A DNA stretch of 36,893 nt. Source: Patescibacteria group bacterium. GTDB lineage: Bacteria; Patescibacteriota; Minisyncoccia; UBA6257; HR35. Below are positions 33,307 to 36,893 of the stretch, piece by piece. Every line of letters begins with the position of its first letter. The first letter of the stretch is position 1. The stretch covers positions 1 through 36,893 of the forward strand of contig JBBTQG010000056.1 of the NCBI GenBank assembly GCA_038065795.1, given 5' to 3'. A program made the translations under genes and the position numbers. The notes beneath the pieces were generated by a model. It was not told the DNA's origin. It saw nothing but the letters and a program-made list of their open reading frames with translations, and ran no database searches.

Positions 33307-33570
33307 ATGAAAAAAATAATCCACCCACAATACATCATTACTAAGGTTACATGCGCATGCGGGGCTATTTATGAAATTCCCGGAACAGCCAAGCAAATTG
33401 AAGTTGAAATATGCAAAAATTGTTCTCCATTATTCACTGGAAATGAAGAAAAAAGGGCTGTTTTAGGTCAAGTAGAAAAATTCCTTAAACGAAAAGCTAA
33501 GGCTAAACCTAAAGCTCAACTCAAAAAGAGAACTAAGATTAAATCTAAAGACAAACAACAAACAAAATAA
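33307..33570 (+). CDS. rpmE: 50S ribosomal protein L31 (Cys-containing form) with a Lys-rich tail
   Basis: MKKIIHPQY start, CACG...CKNCSPLFTG, and a C-terminal KAKAKPK extension. Confidence 0.8.
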   Translation: MKKIIHPQYIITKVTCACGAIYEIPGTAKQIEVEICKNCSPLFTGNEEKRAVLGQVEKFLKRKAKAKPKAQLKKRTKIKSKDKQQTK

Positions 33571-33591
33571 TTATACCATATATTTTATTTA

Positions 33592-33622
33592 CCCCCATAC
33601 ATATACATATGCATGGGGGTTT
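33592..33622 (+). terminator. Possible terminator hairpin after rpmE
   Basis: CCCCCAT (33592-33598) pairs with ATGGGGG (33613-33619), followed by only TTT. Weak U-tract. Confidence 0.35.
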
Positions 33623-33654
33623 AGAAAAAAAATCACCTTAAATGCAAGCTTATT

Positions 33655-34389
33655 ATGGATAAAAAACAAAAAATAATTTTTGAAATTAGGGCTGGGGTTG
33701 GTGGTGATGAAGCAGGATTATTTGCTGCTGATTTATGGCGAATGTATTCCCGATATTTTGAAAAGCAAGGCTGGAAGATAAAAATTTATGAAGACCAACG
33801 CGGTGAAATGGGAGGCATTAAAAACTTCTCTGCTGAAATTAGCGGCAATAATGTTTATGATTTATTAAAACAAGAAAGCGGGGTTCACAGAGTTCAAAGA
33901 GTTCCTAAAACTGAAAAATCTGGAAGAATTCACACATCAGCGGCTTCAATCGCAATTTTACAAAAAGCCGATGCTTCGCCTATTGAAATTAAACCACAAG
34001 ACATATCGATTGAATTTTTTAGATCTTCGGGTCCGGGCGGACAAAATGTAAATAAAGTTGAAACAGCGGTAAGAATTATACACAAACCAACGGGTATAAT
34101 TGTAGCAAGTCAAACTGAAAGAAATCAGCTCAAAAATAGAGAGATTGCTATGAGTTTATTAAAAGCAAAGTTGTGGGAAAATGAAAGAAAACAAATTGAA
34201 GGAGATGTTGCTGAATCAAGAAAATCCCAAGTTGGAACTCAAGACCGCTCTGAAAAAATCAGAACATATAATTTTCCGCAAAATAGAATCACAGACCACA
34301 AAATCAATAAAAGCTGGCATAATTTAGAAAATATTATGGACGGCAATTTCGAGCCAATAATTAAAGCGTTTCAAAAAAACGATGGGTAA
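33655..34389 (+). CDS. prfA: Peptide chain release factor 1-like protein lacking the N-terminal domain
   Basis: Starts at the domain 2 motif [14 protein letters not shown] and has [14 protein letters not shown] (RF1-type PxT), [10 protein letters not shown] (GGQ) and [13 protein letters not shown]. It is 244 aa versus about 360 typical. An in-frame TAG at 33622-33624 prevents upstream extension. Confidence 0.8.
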   Translation: MDKKQKIIFEIRAGVGGDEAGLFAADLWRMYSRYFEKQGWKIKIYEDQRGEMGGIKNFSAEISGNNVYDLLKQESGVHRVQRVPKTEKSGRIHTSAASIAILQKADASPIEIKPQDISIEFFRSSGPGGQNVNKVETAVRIIHKPTGIIVASQTERNQLKNREIAMSLLKAKLWENERKQIEGDVAESRKSQVGTQDRSEKIRTYNFPQNRITDHKINKSWHNLENIMDGNFEPIIKAFQKNDG

Positions 34390-34514
34390 AGGAGCAGTTT
34401 TAGTTATAATTTTTTATATAGTAATAGCAATATATCTCTGGTTATTCACAGACCCTTTAACTTGGAAAAGTATATTTAGTGGGGTGAAATAAATCTATTT
34501 AACTTCTTGTGTTC

Positions 34515-35096
34515 TTAAATTCCGCTTAAATTTTCTTTTGCGGATTTTTTTGCTCGTTCGTTTATTTTCTCTAATAGAACATCACGCAATCCATTAGCCG
34601 CATCTTTTTCTAATCCGTCAATATGAGAAACTATTCCAGATAAAAAAGTCGCGCTTGATAAATGAACATCATAAATTCCAAAAATCCTATCCCAAATGTC
34701 TTGGTCTACGAAAATGTCTTGCACTCGCTCATATAATATAGAAATCTCACGCGGAGTAATTGGTCCTTTTTTTATAACAATATAATTTTCAGTAAGTTCA
34801 TAAAAATAAGTTACAAAATACCATAATTGATAAAGCAGATTTATAAGCAACACAAATAATACAAAAATAAAATAAGAATCCAGAATAATTCCGATATCTA
34901 TATTTTTCAAAAAAGTAAAAGAACCCAAATTTATTTCTGGAATTAAAATAAATGGAATCGCAACAGAAGCAAAAACAGGAATAAAAATAAGTGGCAATAA
35001 AATTACCCAAAACATTGTTTTAGCAATTGCTTTTTTAAAAATTTTTCTCAAACTCAACGGAAATCGCTTTCTTGTATTACTCAATGCTATTTTCAT
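34515..35096 (-). CDS. Membrane protein with a bacterial PH (YdbS/YdbT-like, bPH_2) domain
   Basis: Two N-terminal TM helices, then YELTENYIVIKKGPITPREISILYERVQDI..GIYDVHLSSA, typical of bPH_2. Confidence 0.6.
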   Translation of the reverse strand: MKIALSNTRKRFPLSLRKIFKKAIAKTMFWVILLPLIFIPVFASVAIPFILIPEINLGSFTFLKNIDIGIILDSYFIFVLFVLLINLLYQLWYFVTYFYELTENYIVIKKGPITPREISILYERVQDIFVDQDIWDRIFGIYDVHLSSATFLSGIVSHIDGLEKDAANGLRDVLLEKINERAKKSAKENLSGI

Positions 35097-35169
35097 TTTG
35101 ATGTTTTATTTTTGTGCCGCAGTTATATTTCAAAACTGGGTGCTCAGTGCCCGAAGTGGGACTCGCCCG

Positions 35170-35213
35170 GCATTCGCTCTTCGTCCCGCATATGCGGGAC
35201 GAAGAGCGAATGC
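35170..35213. repeat. Perfect 44-bp GC-rich palindrome
   Basis: GCATTCGCTCTTCGTCCCGCAT|ATGCGGGACGAAGAGCGAATGC, verified base by base. It lies between tRNA-Leu and a tRNA-3'-end-like fragment. Confidence 0.9.
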
Positions 35214-35238
35214 CCATTTCATTTTGGCTCCTTGCCTT

Positions 35239-35322
35239 TGCCCGGAGAGAGACTCGAACTCTCACAGCCTTTCGACCACAAGATTTTAAGTCTTGCGCGT
35301 ATACCAATTCCGCCACCCGGGC
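35239..35322 (-). tRNA. tRNA-Leu (anticodon TAA), class II
   Basis: Acceptor GCCCGGG/TCCGGGC, anticodon stem CAAGA/TCTTG with loop CTTAAAA, a long variable arm, T arm GAGAG-TTCGAGT-CTCTC. Confidence 0.85.
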
Positions 35323-35326
35323 TTAT

Positions 35327-35737
35327 TTATTTTTTACTTTCTAACAACACCACTCTTCTTTCCAATTTTTCAAATTCATCTAAATTGGCTTTTCTTCTTA
35401 AATCGCTTTTAAGTATTGTCATCTCATATTTCATTATCTCAATATCTTTTTGTATCGCGCAAAGAATTTTTGTGTGCTCTCTTAATATTGATTCATGTCC
35501 TCTTAATATTAATTCTATGCTGTTAAACCTTATATGAAATGCGTCAAATTCTTTATCAAGTCGCGTATTTGTCATTGAATACGCTTCCAAGGTCATATCA
35601 ACTTTTTCTTCTAATCTTTCTAAAATCACGCCAAAATACCTCAAGTCCTGATTGTCTTTTAACGCCTTGACAAATTTCTTATATTCGCCGTTATTATGAT
35701 TGGCGTTTTTTAATTTTTTATTTACAATCTTTCTCAT
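35327..35737 (-). CDS. Hypothetical coiled-coil protein
   Basis: 136 aa with heptad-like charged and hydrophobic periodicity. No family recognised. Confidence 0.4.
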   Translation of the reverse strand: MRKIVNKKLKNANHNNGEYKKFVKALKDNQDLRYFGVILERLEEKVDMTLEAYSMTNTRLDKEFDAFHIRFNSIELILRGHESILREHTKILCAIQKDIEIMKYEMTILKSDLRRKANLDEFEKLERRVVLLESKK

Positions 35738-35754
35738 ATAAGTATTATACCAAA

Positions 35755-35834
35755 GCCGAAAATTAAATGTTAAAAATGATAATTTATTTTTGACATTTAA
35801 TTTTCGGCGCTAAAAGCGATAAATCGCTTTTAGC
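35755..35834. repeat. Family 2 twin-hairpin element, intergenic copy
   Basis: GCCGAAAATTAAATGT...GACATTTAATTTTCGGC (35755-35808) is immediately followed by GCTAAAAGCGA-TAAA-TCGCTTTTAGC (35809-35834). Confidence 0.8.
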
Positions 35835-35850
35835 ATTTAAAAAAGAGTCG

Positions 35851-36798
35851 CTACTCCACATAACTAGTATAAATTTCTGCGGCAAAAACCACCATAGGCA
35901 AAACTATCAAAATTCCCAAAACCCCATTTATTGCTCCGCCAATCATAATTGCTATAAGAGTAAAAACAGGATTAATCGCTAATGCTTTTTTCATAACCAT
36001 TGGCACCAAAACATTATTTTCAATCTGTTGAATTATAAAAAATCCAAAAATTACCCACCAAATCATTTGCGGGGTTTCAATCAATGTAACTAAAATCGCA
36101 ATACTCGCGGCAATTATTGGACCAAGAACGGGAATAATTTCTGTCATTCCAGCGATTGTTCCAATTAAAGCGGCATTCGGTACTTTTAAAATAGCCATTA
36201 AAACATAAACAGCAATTCCAATAATAATCATTAAAAACATTTCACCGACAAGCCAAAACGCAAATTTCTTTCTTCCGCTAATCCACAATTTCTGAACTTT
36301 TTCTTTATTTTGAACAGGCAAAAAGCTTATAGCATTTTTATAAAGATTTATATGTGTTGTAAAATAAAAAGATAAAACTAAAATCAAAACTGCTGAAATT
36401 ATTCCACCAAGCAGATTTAAAACAAATGGTCCAACATTAGAAAAAACGCCAGAAATTGAATCTATTATTTGTGTTCCAAAAAAATCTTCTTGGATATTAA
36501 GTTGTTTTAAAATTGTTTGCGTATTTGGTAAAAATGTTGCTAACTCTTGTTTTAGTACAGGCAAAAGCCCATAAATTGTTATAACAAATATAGCTATTAA
36601 AGTTATATAAATAACTAAAACTCCGAGCAAAAAAGGAATTTTAATTTTCCCCTTTAACCAAAGAGCCCAAGTTTGTATAGCAGAACCAAAAATAAGCGCG
36701 GCGACAACTATAAAAAATATATCTTTCAAAAACCACAACAAAAGAGCTCCTATTGGCACACTCCAAAAAATGAACGATTCTTTTATTTTTTGATTCAT
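35851..36798 (-). CDS. AI-2E family transporter (PerM/UPF0118)
   Basis: 315 aa and multi-pass, with the GMTEIIPVLGPIIAA motif typical of the family. Confidence 0.75.
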   Translation of the reverse strand: MNQKIKESFIFWSVPIGALLLWFLKDIFFIVVAALIFGSAIQTWALWLKGKIKIPFLLGVLVIYITLIAIFVITIYGLLPVLKQELATFLPNTQTILKQLNIQEDFFGTQIIDSISGVFSNVGPFVLNLLGGIISAVLILVLSFYFTTHINLYKNAISFLPVQNKEKVQKLWISGRKKFAFWLVGEMFLMIIIGIAVYVLMAILKVPNAALIGTIAGMTEIIPVLGPIIAASIAILVTLIETPQMIWWVIFGFFIIQQIENNVLVPMVMKKALAINPVFTLIAIMIGGAINGVLGILIVLPMVVFAAEIYTSYVE

Positions 36799-36820
36799 TA
36801 TAAATATTTTACCAGATTAT

Positions 36821-36893
36821 GCTGAAAATCCCCTACATTAAATTATTTACATGGTGGATTTTCAGCGTGAAGCGTTTCACCCGCTGAAAATCC
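36821..36893. repeat. Family 2-type hairpins running off the window end
   Basis: GCTGAAAATCC (36821-36831) pairs with GGATTTTCAGC (36856-36866). Then come a GTGAA-GCGT-TTCAC hairpin and a second GCTGAAAATCC (36883-36893). Confidence 0.65.

Noticed and set aside
33655-34389. Programmed +1 frameshift of the prfB type as an explanation for the short release factor
   Set aside because: The protein has the RF1-type PxT context and not the RF2-type SPF. The upstream 84 nt contain stops in the relevant frame and a hairpin, and no CUU-UGA-type shift site with an upstream ORF exists.
34382-34492. 36-codon hydrophobic ORF ([22 protein letters not shown]...) whose ATG overlaps the prfA stop (ATGGGTAA)
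   Set aside because: It is plausible as a translationally coupled mini-membrane protein. It is too short to support from sequence alone, so it is not listed as a feature.
35077-35537. ORFs 35077-35316 (minus), 35098-35289, 35112-35537 and 35114-35344 (plus)
   Set aside because: They overlap tRNA-Leu, the 44-bp palindrome and the antisense strand of the 35327-35737 gene. None has coding features.
1-36893. rRNA genes, group I or II introns, integrase or transposase genes, reverse transcriptases
   Set aside because: I saw none when reading the ORF track and the GC-rich segments. The repeat families therefore lack an in-window mobilising enzyme.

Overview
This is a strongly AT-rich bacterial window whose gene content fits a streamlined CPR/Patescibacteria-like genome. 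That placement is an inference from gene content and was not searched. All calls come from by-eye motif reading of the ORF track and the DNA; no alignment or folding software was run.

Housekeeping content:
- lysS is followed by a partial S10/spc ribosomal-protein cluster, rplB through rplO, then secY and adk. There is no room for rpmD (L30).
- The cluster lacks rpsJ-rplC-rplD-rplW upstream and infA through rplQ downstream.
- Other core genes are an archaeal-type tyrS, a HlyD/FtsX/ABC efflux set, parB, ychF, fba, map, an M23/LysM peptidase, pcrA, rsmA, tsf, rpsB, rpmE, a short prfA and an AI-2E transporter.
- There are seven tRNA genes.

Accessory content:
- A VapBC-like pair.
- Two decayed GIY-YIG genes.
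- An island between tRNA-Ser and map. It carries a truncated N6A-methylase, a T5orf172-like protein, a Zn-ribbon protein, a DpnII-like PD-(D/E)XK nuclease and a small G+C-richer Cys-rich ORF. This island is the best candidate for an undescribed defence-type module.

Repeat families not explained by genes:
- A ~108-nt GC-rich core occurs three times, with fully compensatory changes in a 9-bp stem. One copy sits in frame inside rsmA.
- A twin-hairpin GCCGAAAA/GCTGAAA element occurs intergenically and in frame inside parB, the M23 peptidase and the YkuK-like gene, and possibly rpsH.
- A second GC-rich palindromic family lies after secY and beside tRNA-Ala.

Other oddities are a frame break in rplB and a perfect 79-bp direct repeat around a 236-bp insert at the rpsQ/rplN junction.
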